Part shown: positions 8,806 through 19,731 of the stretch, piece after piece | How positions within the stretch are numbered: position 1 is the stretch's first letter | Layout of the letters: the number at the start of each line of letters is the position of its first letter | Position numbers and translations under genes: made by a program | Notes under the pieces: generated by a model | Told to the model about the DNA's origin: nothing | The model's database searches: none | Seen by the model: only the letters and a program-made list of their open reading frames with translations | DNA from: Candidatus Kapaibacterium sp. | Lineage (GTDB): Bacteria; Bacteroidota; Ignavibacteria; Kapaibacteriales; UBA2268 | Direction of reading: 5' to 3' | NCBI GenBank assembly: GCA_963665665.1 | Contig: OY762428.1 | Span: forward strand, 160,001-224,000 | DNA length: 64,000 nucleotides

Positions 8806-10541
8806 CTCTCATCAAGTTCGCTAACCAGTTTCTGCTTCATGTACAGATCAAGATATTTGCCAATGCCTTTGAGTAACTGTTCATTTGTTCCGGATTCAGT
8901 TATATTTCCGTTTTCCATGTATATAATATTATCACAGCCGGATATGGCGCTCAGGCGGTGGCTGACGATGATCGTTGTTTTTCCTGCCATTTTATTCTTT
9001 AAATTTTCCAGTATTCGGCTCTCCATTTTTCCGTCAACTGCCGAAAAAGCATCGTCAAGGATCAGTATTTCCGGCTTGGATGTAAGGGCACGGGCTATTG
9101 CCAGCCTTTGCTTTTGCCCCCCCGACAGGCTAATTCCTTTTTCTCCGAGAAGAGTATCGTAAGCTTCGGGAAAAGTCATTATTTCATCGTGAATTCCGGC
9201 AATACGGGCACAGTCAATAATAATACTCCGGTCAATATCACTTCTGCCGAAACTGATATTATTTGCAATCGTATCAGAAAACAGGAATGGTTCCTGCGCT
9301 ACGAATGAAACAGAATTTCTAAGCGACTTTATATCATAATCATTAATATCAATATCATTAATTAAAACTGATCCTTCCTGAGGTTTATCATTTCCCGTTA
9401 GCAGTGATGTTAAAATCGTTTTCCCACAGCCTACAGGCCCTGTTATCCCGAGGCTGCTTCCCTCCGGAATATTAAGGCTTATACCATTGATAATCGGAAT
9501 TTCCGGATCAATTCGGAAATGTATATCCCTGAATTCAATATTCCCTCTTATTTTTTCAACTCTTTGCTTTTTCGGGGAATCAGGAGTGATTCTTTGTTCG
9601 AAAACAGTTTGCAGCCTTGCTGCCGATGCAGATGCCCTTTGGATCAGGTTAATAATCCATCCCAGGGCTGCTACGGGCCAGATAAGGAGGTTCAGATATA
9701 TAAAGAACTGGGCAAGTCCTCCTATTGTAAGACCGCCGTTAATAACCATCCTGCCGCCGAATATCAGGACAAGTACCAGTGATGAACCGACAAGAACCAT
9801 TATCACGGGGATGGTCAGCGCCTGGATTCTGACCATAGCCATATTTTTTCGGTAATAATCCTTATTGAATTTTTCAAAATTATCTTCATCATCCCTTTCG
9901 CGTGCGTAGGCTCTGAGTATTCGAATTCCGGTAACCGATTCCCTGACTTTTTCTGTCATTGATGCAAATGCCTGCTGCACATCGGTAAAAGCAAAATGCA
10001 CTTTTTTCCCGAGTATATAAGTCAGCAGTGCTACTACAGGAAGAGGAATCAGAGCAATTCCCGTAACCCCCGGATCCAGCTTTATCATGAAATAAATCGA
10101 GAGGGCGAACATACTGATAGAATTAGCACCGAACATTACTGCCGGCCCGAGAAACTCACGTGCAGCAGCAATATCATTCGAAGAAAACGCCATCAGATCA
10201 CCAGTCTTCATCTTCCTGAAAAAATTGAGCGGCATCGAAACAATTAGTTCGAAGAAATCCTTTCTCAGGTCGTATTCAATTTTTCTGGACACAGATATTA
10301 TAAACCGCCTGGTAAGCGACATGAAAAAAGCAGAAAACAAAGTCAGGCTGATAATGATCAATATGTCCCAAAGGACAACATCCATATCAATGTTCCCACC
10401 GCTGATTAAATCAATTACCTTCCCGACAAACCTCGGAGACAGTGTTGCGGCAACATTGGATATCAGCACAAATATAAATCCGGCAGCTATTTGCAGCCTG
10501 TACTTCCTGATATATGGTAATATAATCCTGAGGTTCTTCAA
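8802..10541 (-). CDS. ABC exporter, fused permease/ATPase (MdlA/MsbA-like)
   Basis: Six-TM domain plus Walker A GPVGCGKT, signature LSGGQKQR, Walker B ILILDD and H-loop SHR. Confidence 0.92.
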   Translation of the reverse strand: MKNLRIILPYIRKYRLQIAAGFIFVLISNVAATLSPRFVGKVIDLISGGNIDMDVVLWDILIIISLTLFSAFFMSLTRRFIISVSRKIEYDLRKDFFELIVSMPLNFFRKMKTGDLMAFSSNDIAAAREFLGPAVMFGANSISMFALSIYFMIKLDPGVTGIALIPLPVVALLTYILGKKVHFAFTDVQQAFASMTEKVRESVTGIRILRAYARERDDEDNFEKFNKDYYRKNMAMVRIQALTIPVIMVLVGSSLVLVLIFGGRMVINGGLTIGGLAQFFIYLNLLIWPVAALGWIINLIQRASASAARLQTVFEQRITPDSPKKQRVEKIRGNIEFRDIHFRIDPEIPIINGISLNIPEGSSLGITGPVGCGKTILTSLLTGNDKPQEGSVLINDIDINDYDIKSLRNSVSFVAQEPFLFSDTIANNISFGRSDIDRSIIIDCARIAGIHDEIMTFPEAYDTLLGEKGISLSGGQKQRLAIARALTSKPEILILDDAFSAVDGKMESRILENLKNKMAGKTTIIVSHRLSAISGCDNIIYMENGNITESGTNEQLLKGIGKYLDLYMKQKLVSELDES

Positions 10542-10862
10542 GGCAAAATGTTCAGTACTTTATTTTACAAAAGCCAAAATTACTATTGTAATATAAAACT
10601 AATTTTTATCTATTGCTAATCTGAAAAATCACAGGTACACGAACTACACTACAACTCATCAAGCGATATTTTTATTCTTTTCAAAATTATTAATGTGCAG
10701 TTTACCACATAGTATTAGCCAAACCGACAATTAAAGCTAAAAAAATTCTGAATAAGATTAAAACAGTTATTTATTTTATACTTATTGTGCCAGGCTTGTA
10801 TTTATTAAATTTTCATTATATTTAAAAAATTGAATTTTGTGGTATTATTTTTTGGTTTAAAC

Positions 10863-11573
10863 ATGAAATTAATTTTAATGCTTATGATTTCGCTTGGATT
10901 GATCTTTATTCCCGGATTAGCTCCAACAAACGCTTTTGCTCAGCAGGAGGAAGAATATTACGAGGAAGAAGAATATGAAGAGGATGAATATGAATACGAA
11001 TATGAGGACGAAGAAGAGGAAGAGGATGATTACCAGTGGGATGCCAAGCCAAAACAAAAAAAATGGGCTGTGGGTTTGCAATTGGGATTCAATTTCAATT
11101 TAAGTGAAAACAGTGATTTCTGGGGAAATTCATTTAGCTTCTTTTTGGGAATTGAAAGAGAAATTACAAAGAATTTCTATATGGGATTGAATCTTGGCTT
11201 TATTAACTGGACAGCCGAGTATGATAATGATATTGATGAGTATGCATTGCGTGTATATCCCCTGAATATTACCGCCAATTATTACTTTCCAAGTACTCCC
11301 AATTTCAGGCCTTATGCAGGAATTGAAACAGGAATGAATTATGTTCATTATAAGCATGAGGATTACGAGTTCCTTGAAGATCAGACAAACAGAAAAACAC
11401 TGGTACATAAAACAATTGACGATACCAAGGATTTCGGATTTGCACCAGTTCTGGGTATGACAATGCCCTGGGGAGCTTTCGATATGAATTTCAACTTGAA
11501 ATATTACACAATTTTCAGAACAAAAAACGTTAGCTTCTTAGCAATAAATGGCGGGTTAACTTATAGATTCTAA
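10863..11573 (+). CDS. Outer-membrane beta-barrel protein (OmpW/OMP_b-brl-like) with acidic N-terminal tract
   Basis: Signal peptide ending AFA, an E/D/Y-rich run, RPYAGIETG and a C-terminal GLTYRF beta signal. Confidence 0.8.
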   Translation: MKLILMLMISLGLIFIPGLAPTNAFAQQEEEYYEEEEYEEDEYEYEYEDEEEEEDDYQWDAKPKQKKWAVGLQLGFNFNLSENSDFWGNSFSFFLGIEREITKNFYMGLNLGFINWTAEYDNDIDEYALRVYPLNITANYYFPSTPNFRPYAGIETGMNYVHYKHEDYEFLEDQTNRKTLVHKTIDDTKDFGFAPVLGMTMPWGAFDMNFNLKYYTIFRTKNVSFLAINGGLTYRF

Positions 11574-11580
11574 TCATTTC

Positions 11581-11604
11581 CAGGCCCGGTATTTTCCGGG
11601 CCTG
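11581..11604. terminator. GC-rich hairpin after the OMP gene
   Basis: caggcccgg-tatttt-ccgggcctg directly after the stop codon. The T tract is weak. Confidence 0.5.
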
Positions 11605-11692
11605 AAATTTGAATAATAATTTTTCCTGAGACCAAAATACTTTTTGAGTGTTCTTCCTGAAAAGGTGTTTTTGATAATTAAGGTAACATGAG

Positions 11693-13300
11693 GTGAAAAA
11701 TAAGCTCAGTCATATAAATCCGGAAGTAGCAATAATCCTGCTTTCCTCGCTGTATATGGGAATATATATTTTTATGTCCAGCATGGAAATAGGCGCTATC
11801 AGGTATTTCGTCCTGTTCGACGACCAGATGATTTCCATGCGCTATGCAAAAAATTTTACCGAAGGATTCGGGCTTGTTTGGAATCCCGGTGACTTGCCGG
11901 TTGAAGGTTATTCGAACCTGCTATGGGTTTTGATAATGAGCATAATTCATCTGTTTAACATTCCGGATAACTTGGTTTCTTTACCGATACAGCTGATTGG
12001 CGCTGTTTGCCATACATTGGCTATCATTCTTGCAGGAAAAATTGCAATGATTTTCAGCAATGGTGACCGAAGAGTAAAAATACTCAGCATGATATTCACC
12101 GCATTTTATTTACCCATAATTACATGGGCTTTGCAGGGAACCGAGACTTCTTTGATCACAGTTTTACTTCTTCTGGCAATTTTTATTCTATTCAGTCCAG
12201 GAATAAACAATATTAAAGCATTGCTGCCGGCAGTTATCCTTCTGGGTTTAAGGCCGGATATGATCACATATTATGCAATAATTACTGTTTATGCGATAAT
12301 TGTATCAAAAAACAGAAGAAAAGATGTCAGTTTGTGGTTAAGTACCGGAATATTGGTATTGATTCTGTTATTAGCTTTCAGGTATTCCTACTACGGTGAA
12401 TTATTCCCAAATACCTATTACCTGAAAATGACGGGATACCCGTTTGTTTCCAGGTTGCTGAGAGGACTGGCTTATTCGTTTAAGTTTATATTACTATTCA
12501 ATCCGATAATTTTTCTTTTACCTTTCTTTTTCTACAGGAAATATCGGGACAGAAGGCAGGCCGGCTTATTATTAATACTGCCGATAGTTCAGATATTTTA
12601 CAGCATTTACGTAGGTGGCGACGCGTGGGAATGGTGGGGCGGATCAAACCGCTTTCTCAGCCCCGCCATACCCGGGTTCTTTATAGTACTCAGCGTCGCC
12701 CTGATTTATTATTCTGAAAAAATTATCAATTTTATTCAAAAGTTTAACCACTTTCAAAATAATAAAAAATCATCAGTTTACCTTGCCAAATTATTTATTC
12801 CCGCATTATCATTGGCAGTACTATTGAATGTTAATATGTCGGACGGGCCTGAATCTCTTATGGATTTTATTTTTGCCAGGCCTACAATTCATTTCCAGGA
12901 TAACCGCAACTGTATTGAACTTGCCCTTGCAACAAATAGAATGGCCGATAATAATACTGTTGTTGATATTGTAAATGCCGGAATTATACCCTATTTCTGT
13001 CATGCACGCTTCCACGACATGCTTGGTAAAAATGACAAGAGGATTGCAAAAATGGAAGCCGTCAGGAATGGCTGCAGGATATTTATGCCTGAATCCATCC
13101 CCGGCCATAATAAATATGATTATCATTATTCCATTAAAGAAATTTCTCCCGATATTATTCTCCAGTTCTGGCATGACAGAGAATCAGCGCAAGAGTATCT
13201 CAGAGATTACAGCCTGATTTTCCTTAAGGGTTTCCCGGTTTATATAAAAAATAATAGCGGCGCTAATGACAACCTGCGCAAATTAAATTTCAAAGAATGA
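11693..13300 (+). CDS. GT-C fold membrane glycosyltransferase (AftB-like)
   Basis: FDDQMISMRYA (DD motif), GLVWNPG..VEGYSNLLW, RPD, YYGELFPNTYYLK, VGGD, RF, DMLGKND, GHNK; multiple TM helices. Confidence 0.8.
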   Translation: MKNKLSHINPEVAIILLSSLYMGIYIFMSSMEIGAIRYFVLFDDQMISMRYAKNFTEGFGLVWNPGDLPVEGYSNLLWVLIMSIIHLFNIPDNLVSLPIQLIGAVCHTLAIILAGKIAMIFSNGDRRVKILSMIFTAFYLPIITWALQGTETSLITVLLLLAIFILFSPGINNIKALLPAVILLGLRPDMITYYAIITVYAIIVSKNRRKDVSLWLSTGILVLILLLAFRYSYYGELFPNTYYLKMTGYPFVSRLLRGLAYSFKFILLFNPIIFLLPFFFYRKYRDRRQAGLLLILPIVQIFYSIYVGGDAWEWWGGSNRFLSPAIPGFFIVLSVALIYYSEKIINFIQKFNHFQNNKKSSVYLAKLFIPALSLAVLLNVNMSDGPESLMDFIFARPTIHFQDNRNCIELALATNRMADNNTVVDIVNAGIIPYFCHARFHDMLGKNDKRIAKMEAVRNGCRIFMPESIPGHNKYDYHYSIKEISPDIILQFWHDRESAQEYLRDYSLIFLKGFPVYIKNNSGANDNLRKLNFKE

Positions 13301-13345
13301 CACCAATTGGTTATTTTTGATTTTTTAGGATAAGCGGAAACTGAA

Positions 13346-14791
13346 TTGACCGGGATACTTTTAATATTAATATTTATTTCTTATTACATCAATGTTTTCC
13401 AGGTGTTCTCAATCGGGACTTATGGCGTGATAGTATCGGATTTATTCGTACTCGCATATTTTTTAGTTTTTCTGAAGAGAGTTATCTGGAACGGTGACAG
13501 TCTGAAAATTGTCCGAAATCCTGCAATGTATTTATACATAGCGTTTATAGCTTCAATTTTCCTTTCGGCGATGAATCCTTTGATTGGCGGTAATTCACAT
13601 GAATTGCAGCAGTTTTTCAAGAGCTTTGCTCATTTGATATTTATAGCATTATTTGCATTGATTCTTGCCGTTTATCCCGAAAACAGGAAAACATGGGAAA
13701 ATGTAATTAAAGCATGGCTTATAATGTCCCTGCTGATAAATATATTTGGTATCTACCAGATTGCAGCCCGCGCATGGGATTTGCCGCTTGCCTGGCTGGA
13801 CACCACTAACGTCAGCTTTGCCACACGAGGCCTTGTAGATGTGAATGAAATTACCCAGCTTAGCCTGAAGTTTGAAGATTTTTATCGCGCCACGTCAATT
13901 TTTTCCGAACCCTCAGCTTTGGCATCTTATAATGTGATAATTTTTATCTTTCTTTTGGTACCCATAATCCAAGGTAAGAAACCTTTTTTAAAATCAAAGT
14001 TTCTGAATATTCTTGTATTCTCGGCAGCTTTGGTTGCTATTTTCCTTACTTTCTCACTTACGGGGGCAGTAGGGCTTTCAATGATTATTGGTGGTATGTT
14101 CCTTATTCAGAGAAATAAAAAACTACTCCGTATTATTTATGTTGGAATGATAGCAATTGTACTGATAGTTGCCTCCGACAGCGTGGTTGAGAAAAATATG
14201 GGAATATCTGTTGTGAACTTATTTTCCGAAAGAATTGGCGGTATCGTGAAGGGTGGCGGAGGTATGTCCGGCGAATCATTTACTACCAGGATGGAAAGCG
14301 GATCAATAACAATGGATATATGGAAAAAAAGGCCGGTTACAGGCGTTGGCATCGGGCTGACATCGTATTATTCCGATGGAAAGATAAAATTCAGCGATAT
14401 GGGAGTGCTCGCTGCTTTCGCTGAACTTGGCATAATCGGCGGCTCGGTGTTTATCCTTCTGCATATATTTTTATTTGTTCTGAGTATAAGGGAAATATTG
14501 ATTCAAAGAAAAATTCCGGGTGTGGCCGATCCTGACGATGAAAGGCTTTTCGGGATTGTTTATTATTTCATGTTTACAATGCTGCTTATCAATTTTATCA
14601 GCGGTAACAACCTGGCTTCGTCATTTTTCTATATTCCTCTTGGTATGCTGCTTGCAATACTTAACCTGAATATGCAGGCAAGAGGCTCGAAAGTATATGA
14701 ATTAAAACTATTTAAAATGCCGCTTAAAGATTATTTCGGAACATTTGTCAGCCACACTGTATCAAATCTCAAATTGAAATCGAAGAAGTGA
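13346..14791 (+). CDS. O-antigen ligase / Wzy-like polymerase family protein
   Basis: About 12 TM helices with RATSIFSEPS, LTFSLTG, ESFTTR, PVTGVGIG and AELGIIG motifs. Confidence 0.8.
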   Translation: MTGILLILIFISYYINVFQVFSIGTYGVIVSDLFVLAYFLVFLKRVIWNGDSLKIVRNPAMYLYIAFIASIFLSAMNPLIGGNSHELQQFFKSFAHLIFIALFALILAVYPENRKTWENVIKAWLIMSLLINIFGIYQIAARAWDLPLAWLDTTNVSFATRGLVDVNEITQLSLKFEDFYRATSIFSEPSALASYNVIIFIFLLVPIIQGKKPFLKSKFLNILVFSAALVAIFLTFSLTGAVGLSMIIGGMFLIQRNKKLLRIIYVGMIAIVLIVASDSVVEKNMGISVVNLFSERIGGIVKGGGGMSGESFTTRMESGSITMDIWKKRPVTGVGIGLTSYYSDGKIKFSDMGVLAAFAELGIIGGSVFILLHIFLFVLSIREILIQRKIPGVADPDDERLFGIVYYFMFTMLLINFISGNNLASSFFYIPLGMLLAILNLNMQARGSKVYELKLFKMPLKDYFGTFVSHTVSNLKLKSKK

Positions 14792-15151
14792 TATTTCGAG
14801 CAATTCATTATAAAAGGCTTAGCATAAAAGTAATAGTCATTTTGATAAGTTCAGAAAAATAAAAACTAATTACACTATTCAAGCTAACTATTAACCTTTG
14901 GGCCAAGTTTGGATTACTATTTCAAATTCTCTATAAGGGACTAATCCTCAACCGGGATGGGGGGCAATGGAGATATCGACCAACCCGCTAGTTTTACAGC
15001 TAAATATTTTTCCATGATTATTAACCTTTCTGTAAAAATATGATGATTCAAATCGCGGAATTTATCAAAAATACCAGTCAAATTTGCAGCAAAAGCAAGT
15101 GAGATATGATAACCTGCGATAATGTGATTTTGAGTAACTTTCCGGTAATGA

Positions 15152-16138
15152 CTAATTTTTTCTATCCCTGTTGCCAATAGATATTGAAATATCCTCCAAC
15201 CAGGAATCAATTTTTTCATTCACTTTCTTAACCAGATCCTTATCTTCTTTTAAAACCAGATCGCCTCCCTTATGATAATTTTCAATAATTTGCTTCATGT
15301 TCAGTTCCATAAAGTGCAAATCAATCCATACAATTTGATAATCATCCGACAATTTATACGCGGATCGAGCTCTCATTTCAAATCCACAAATAACACAATC
15401 GACATAAGGTTCCCGATAATAAATATTTATCTGGCTGCCATCATTCTTTACAATTGTCCATCCCGGTGTCAGGTTATGATCATCATCACCATAAATTATA
15501 ATCTCTTTAACATCATCGTGCGCTATGACAATTCCTGAGCTATCGTACTTGAGATAATTATCATTCCTGACATAAGATGCAAAATACTTTGATTGCCCAG
15601 GTAAAATATCAGTTTCAAGCATTATCGAATTAACCTGCAACTGATATCCCACAACAGCTCCAAGGGCCGGTTTTCCAACTACGCGGCCAGCCAATAATTG
15701 TATCAATGGAGTGGAATACAAAGCAATTCCTAATTTTATACTCTGCCCGACACCATCTCTTTCATATCCCAAGGCGCCGTCAAGTTCAACTGTTGGATTC
15801 CAGTCATTCATGAAAACATTGTTTAAATGAAATTGCAAATTGCCATAATTATTATCGTATCTGCTATTTAAATACCTTATGTACGAGAAAGATGAAGGCC
15901 AAAGGAAATTGTTGAAAGTAAAACCTACAGCATTGTTTTCCGATATTCCAAAATACGATCCTAATTGAAAAGAAGGAGTCGAGAAGTTACATGTTGACAT
16001 ACCAAAACTAAACCTCAGTTCATAATCGCCGGTTTTTATTGGCTTTATAGGTACGAAATGCTGAGTAGTCCCGCATGAAGATATCAATGTTAAAATCAAC
16101 AAAAAGAAAATATATTTAATTCTAAAAATTTCCTTCAT
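15152..16138 (-). CDS. Hypothetical lipoprotein
   Basis: Lipobox LISSC after a hydrophobic signal, AGGGA RBS, 328-aa ORF. Confidence 0.7.
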   Translation of the reverse strand: MKEIFRIKYIFFLLILTLISSCGTTQHFVPIKPIKTGDYELRFSFGMSTCNFSTPSFQLGSYFGISENNAVGFTFNNFLWPSSFSYIRYLNSRYDNNYGNLQFHLNNVFMNDWNPTVELDGALGYERDGVGQSIKLGIALYSTPLIQLLAGRVVGKPALGAVVGYQLQVNSIMLETDILPGQSKYFASYVRNDNYLKYDSSGIVIAHDDVKEIIIYGDDDHNLTPGWTIVKNDGSQINIYYREPYVDCVICGFEMRARSAYKLSDDYQIVWIDLHFMELNMKQIIENYHKGGDLVLKEDKDLVKKVNEKIDSWLEDISISIGNRDRKN

Positions 16139-16209
16139 AATATTATCCCTTTAATCATTCAGTTATTATTCAAACTTCCCCGATATCTTTGGATATATAA
16201 TTCCTCCTC

Positions 16210-17544
16210 CTAAATCAGCCTTCTGGATTTTATTTCTATATACTTGTTAATGGTTTCTGCGCTGAGGTTCTCGGGAGCGGTGTATATTGTCTGTATTCCG
16301 CGTTTATTCAGTTCGTTGATTATCTGTAATTTCTCGAATGCAAGCTGCTCGCCTGTCACCTGGTAATAAATATCTTTCAGCTTTACGGGAGTGGATTCAA
16401 GCAGGTCGTTCATTTCCGTGTTCTTGAAAATAACCACAACCATCAGGTGGTACTTTGCTATCGAGCTCAGGTAGCGCATGTTGCGGCGCATGGAAGATAT
16501 TGTCTCGAAATTAGTATATAAAACAACGAGAGAGCGCTGCCTGACCTTGCGTGTAAAGTAGATAGCAGCTTTCTCGTAATCGCATTCCAGGAATCCGGTT
16601 TCTGATTTATAGAGCAGTTCCATGATTTTATTCAGTTGTCCCGGCCTTTTGCTGGCGGGAAGGAAAGATGATATCTGGTTCGAAAATGATAGCAACCCTG
16701 CCTTATCCTGTTTCATCACGGCAATATCCGATAGGACAAGGGTGGAATTAATGGCATAATCCACAAGGCTCATGCCCCTGAAGGGCATTTTCATGGTTCG
16801 CCCCATATCTATCATGCTGTAAACATTCTGCGACTTCTCGTCCGTGTATTGGTTTACCATCAGGGAATTTTTCCTTGCGGTGGCTTTCCAGTTTATCAGC
16901 CTGTAATCGTCTCCGGGTACGTACTGACGAATCTGCTCAAATTCCATGGACTGCCCCATTTTTCTTATCTGCTTTACGCCGAATTCTGTCAGGCGGTTGG
17001 AAATAGCCATCAGCTCGAACTGCCGCATTTGCAGGAATGCCGGGTAAACTTTTACTTTCTGCTCTTCGCCCCTGCTAATTTTTCTTTCGGCGAATCCAAT
17101 TTTTGATCTCACGAGGAAATAAATTCTGCCGAATACATATTCACCCCTTTTCACCGGGCGGATATAATAAATTTTCTCAATTTTCTGAAATTTCTTAAGC
17201 CATGTATTGATCCTGAAATTCCTCATCTGGAACTGGTCGGGTATGTCGTCAATTATTGTAAGGTCAACATCATAGCGATAACCTGATTCAACATTCAGCT
17301 GAACAGGATTTTCATCACCATTGGAAAATCTTTCAGGGACAACTCTTTCTGACTTTATGCCGTCCCGTGATGAATAGAGGAAAACAATATCGGCAATTGT
17401 AAGAAATATAAATATATAAAGCGCAATTTTTGTTAAATAGTAAATAAACGGGAAATAGAAGCCAAACCCAAAAAGGATGACCATTATTCCCCCGGCAATG
17501 AAGAAACGCGGAGTGAAGAAAATACTTTTCAGTATCTTTTTCAT
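16210..17544 (-). CDS. DUF58 domain protein (vWA-like MoxR partner) with N-terminal TM hairpin and Ig-like domain
   Basis: EFEQIRQYVPGDDYRLINWKATAR, DMGRTM and DKAGLLSFS motifs; follows moxR with an overlap. Confidence 0.9.
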   Translation of the reverse strand: MKKILKSIFFTPRFFIAGGIMVILFGFGFYFPFIYYLTKIALYIFIFLTIADIVFLYSSRDGIKSERVVPERFSNGDENPVQLNVESGYRYDVDLTIIDDIPDQFQMRNFRINTWLKKFQKIEKIYYIRPVKRGEYVFGRIYFLVRSKIGFAERKISRGEEQKVKVYPAFLQMRQFELMAISNRLTEFGVKQIRKMGQSMEFEQIRQYVPGDDYRLINWKATARKNSLMVNQYTDEKSQNVYSMIDMGRTMKMPFRGMSLVDYAINSTLVLSDIAVMKQDKAGLLSFSNQISSFLPASKRPGQLNKIMELLYKSETGFLECDYEKAAIYFTRKVRQRSLVVLYTNFETISSMRRNMRYLSSIAKYHLMVVVIFKNTEMNDLLESTPVKLKDIYYQVTGEQLAFEKLQIINELNKRGIQTIYTAPENLSAETINKYIEIKSRRLI

Positions 17545-18536
17545 CGCGGAACCTCGATTTTCTTCAATATCTCCCTGATAATAGCATCGGCTGTTGTTCC
17601 TTCCATTTCTTTTTCAGGAGTTAGTATCAGTCTGTGCCGCAGCACATAAGGTGTAAGGAACTGAACGTCTTCAGGCGAAATAAAATCCCTGCCGTTTACT
17701 GCTGCAAAAGCTTTTGCAGCCGCCATCAGGTAGATAGACGCCCTGGGCGAACCGCCAAGCAGTATGCCCGGGTATGATCTGGTCTGGGTAATTATTTCGG
17801 CAATATATTTCATCAGTTTATCGTTTACGCGCACTTCATGAGCCATTTTTTTATATTCAGCCAATTCTTCAACTTTTATCACGGGATGAATATCTTCAAC
17901 CGAGCTGTGGTTGATATTGGCATGTTTCATCTTAAGTATGTTTACTTCTTCATCCAGGTTGGGGTATTCCAGATCAATTTTGAAAATAAACCTGTCAAGC
18001 TGAGCTTCCGGCAGGCGGTAAGTACCTTCCTGCTCAATAGGATTTTGCGTGGCTATAACAAAGAAAGGCTGCTCCAGAGTATGTGTAAGCCCGTCTATGG
18101 TTATCTGCCTTTCCTCCATGGATTCGAACAGAGCTGCCTGGGTTTTGGCGGGGGAACGGTTTATCTCGTCCACGTGGAGTATATTTGTAAAAACCGGCCC
18201 CTTTTTCAATTCAAAATCAGCTGATTTAGGATTGAATACTGAAGTACCGAGAATATCCGACGGCATCAGGTCTGGTGTAAACTGAACTCGGTTGTGCCGG
18301 GCGGCAATACTTTTTGCCAGTATCTTTGCTATAAGTGTTTTGGCAATGCCGGGAACACCCTCAAGAAGTACGTGTCCGTCAGCAAGAAGTGCAGTAAGCA
18401 GGAGGTCTGTCAGTTTTTTCTGGCCAACAATTTTCGAGGAAATGTTTTGCCTTACCCTGTCGGCGCCATCCTTTAGTTTGCCGAGATTCAGCCTTGGGGC
18501 GAAATCTTTTTCTATATTATTTTCAAAATCAGCCAT
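17541..18536 (-). CDS. moxR: MoxR-family AAA+ ATPase
   Basis: GHVLLEGVPGIAKT, RVQFTPDLMPSDI, DEINR, ATQNPIEQEGTYRLPEAQLDRF, GGSPRAS. Confidence 0.95.
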   Translation of the reverse strand: MADFENNIEKDFAPRLNLGKLKDGADRVRQNISSKIVGQKKLTDLLLTALLADGHVLLEGVPGIAKTLIAKILAKSIAARHNRVQFTPDLMPSDILGTSVFNPKSADFELKKGPVFTNILHVDEINRSPAKTQAALFESMEERQITIDGLTHTLEQPFFVIATQNPIEQEGTYRLPEAQLDRFIFKIDLEYPNLDEEVNILKMKHANINHSSVEDIHPVIKVEELAEYKKMAHEVRVNDKLMKYIAEIITQTRSYPGILLGGSPRASIYLMAAAKAFAAVNGRDFISPEDVQFLTPYVLRHRLILTPEKEMEGTTADAIIREILKKIEVPR

Positions 18537-19731
18537 AATTAACCTTTTTATAGAATTTATTTATTGTTTCGTTCAGATCTTTGAGTTCATCTATTTTTAT
18601 TTCAATACCTTTATCTATTTTTGATTGGGTTGTAAATATCCTGATAATATCCTGAACCGGGAATCCTGATTTTAAGCTAATAATGTTTGCTGTATCAGGA
18701 TTGAGATTTGTTGTGTTTACGAATAATTTCCTACGAACAAAACCGAGAAAATGATCAATTTTTTTCTTTGCTGTCAGGCCGTGGTTTTTATTCGAGAAGT
18801 ATAGGTTTGCCAGAGTTCGTACAAAATCAAGCGTCATATTGCTTAGCGGCCTGATAATAGGTATAGCCGCCTGTCTTCTTTTCACGTTGAAAACCAATGC
18901 AATTAGCAGCAGGATAGTGATCAGGTATATCATATTCCTAAGAGAATCCTGACTAAGGAAAAACCTGAGCGGGCTTTGTGATTCACCAAATTTTTCGTTG
19001 TAATATGCATCCCGGATAATTACGGGCGAGTCTATATATGACAGGCACTTATAAGTATACTCGCCGTTCTTTTCATTTAGAATATGATAATTCGTAAATG
19101 AATATGGCGACAAATGTAGGAAAAATTCTCCTTTGCCGTATTTCACTTTGATAAAATTGATTTTATCCAATCCGAAAAATCCGAGAGCTGTTGTATTGGT
19201 AGTATCAAATTTTGAGAAATACCACTGGAAACTACCCCGCGCGAAATCATAGCTTGTTTTGGAAGCAAGTGCGGGATTATAAAAATTCAGGCTGGCAGTA
19301 TCGTACTGAATCTTTTCCGGAGTAATTTTTTCCATTACAAAATGAACATTTATCCTTACATTCAATGAGTCGGTAAACAAATAATCCCCAAAATAATTTG
19401 ATGAAATAAAAGCCGAAGCGCCTTGTTTTACCCGTTTGAACAATTTAAAAACACTATAATGATCGATTTCAGCAATACCCGTATAAAAATAGCAAAAATC
19501 GTTGTTCTCAACGGAATTCAGAGTTTCGTAAACAGATTTGCTGCTTTCCATTATTTTCCTGTCCGGAAAAACATCAGTCAAAGTATTGTTCAGCACGTAA
19601 GCGCCAAAAGGAATTTTATCATTTTGGGAAAAAGTCGGAGTCCAGTCAATCTGCTTTGGCGCTGATAACTCAACAATAACCATCAGGGCGAATAGCAGTA
19701 TGATAAACAATATGTATAATTTTTTAGTCAT
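18529..19731 (-). CDS. DUF4350-like membrane-anchored protein
   Basis: N-terminal TM, PKQIDWTPTFSQNDKIPFG, YGKGEFFLHLSP..FTNY, second TM followed by KRRQAAIPII. Position matches the conserved moxR locus. Confidence 0.8.
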   Translation of the reverse strand: MTKKLYILFIILLFALMVIVELSAPKQIDWTPTFSQNDKIPFGAYVLNNTLTDVFPDRKIMESSKSVYETLNSVENNDFCYFYTGIAEIDHYSVFKLFKRVKQGASAFISSNYFGDYLFTDSLNVRINVHFVMEKITPEKIQYDTASLNFYNPALASKTSYDFARGSFQWYFSKFDTTNTTALGFFGLDKINFIKVKYGKGEFFLHLSPYSFTNYHILNEKNGEYTYKCLSYIDSPVIIRDAYYNEKFGESQSPLRFFLSQDSLRNMIYLITILLLIALVFNVKRRQAAIPIIRPLSNMTLDFVRTLANLYFSNKNHGLTAKKKIDHFLGFVRRKLFVNTTNLNPDTANIISLKSGFPVQDIIRIFTTQSKIDKGIEIKIDELKDLNETINKFYKKVNYG

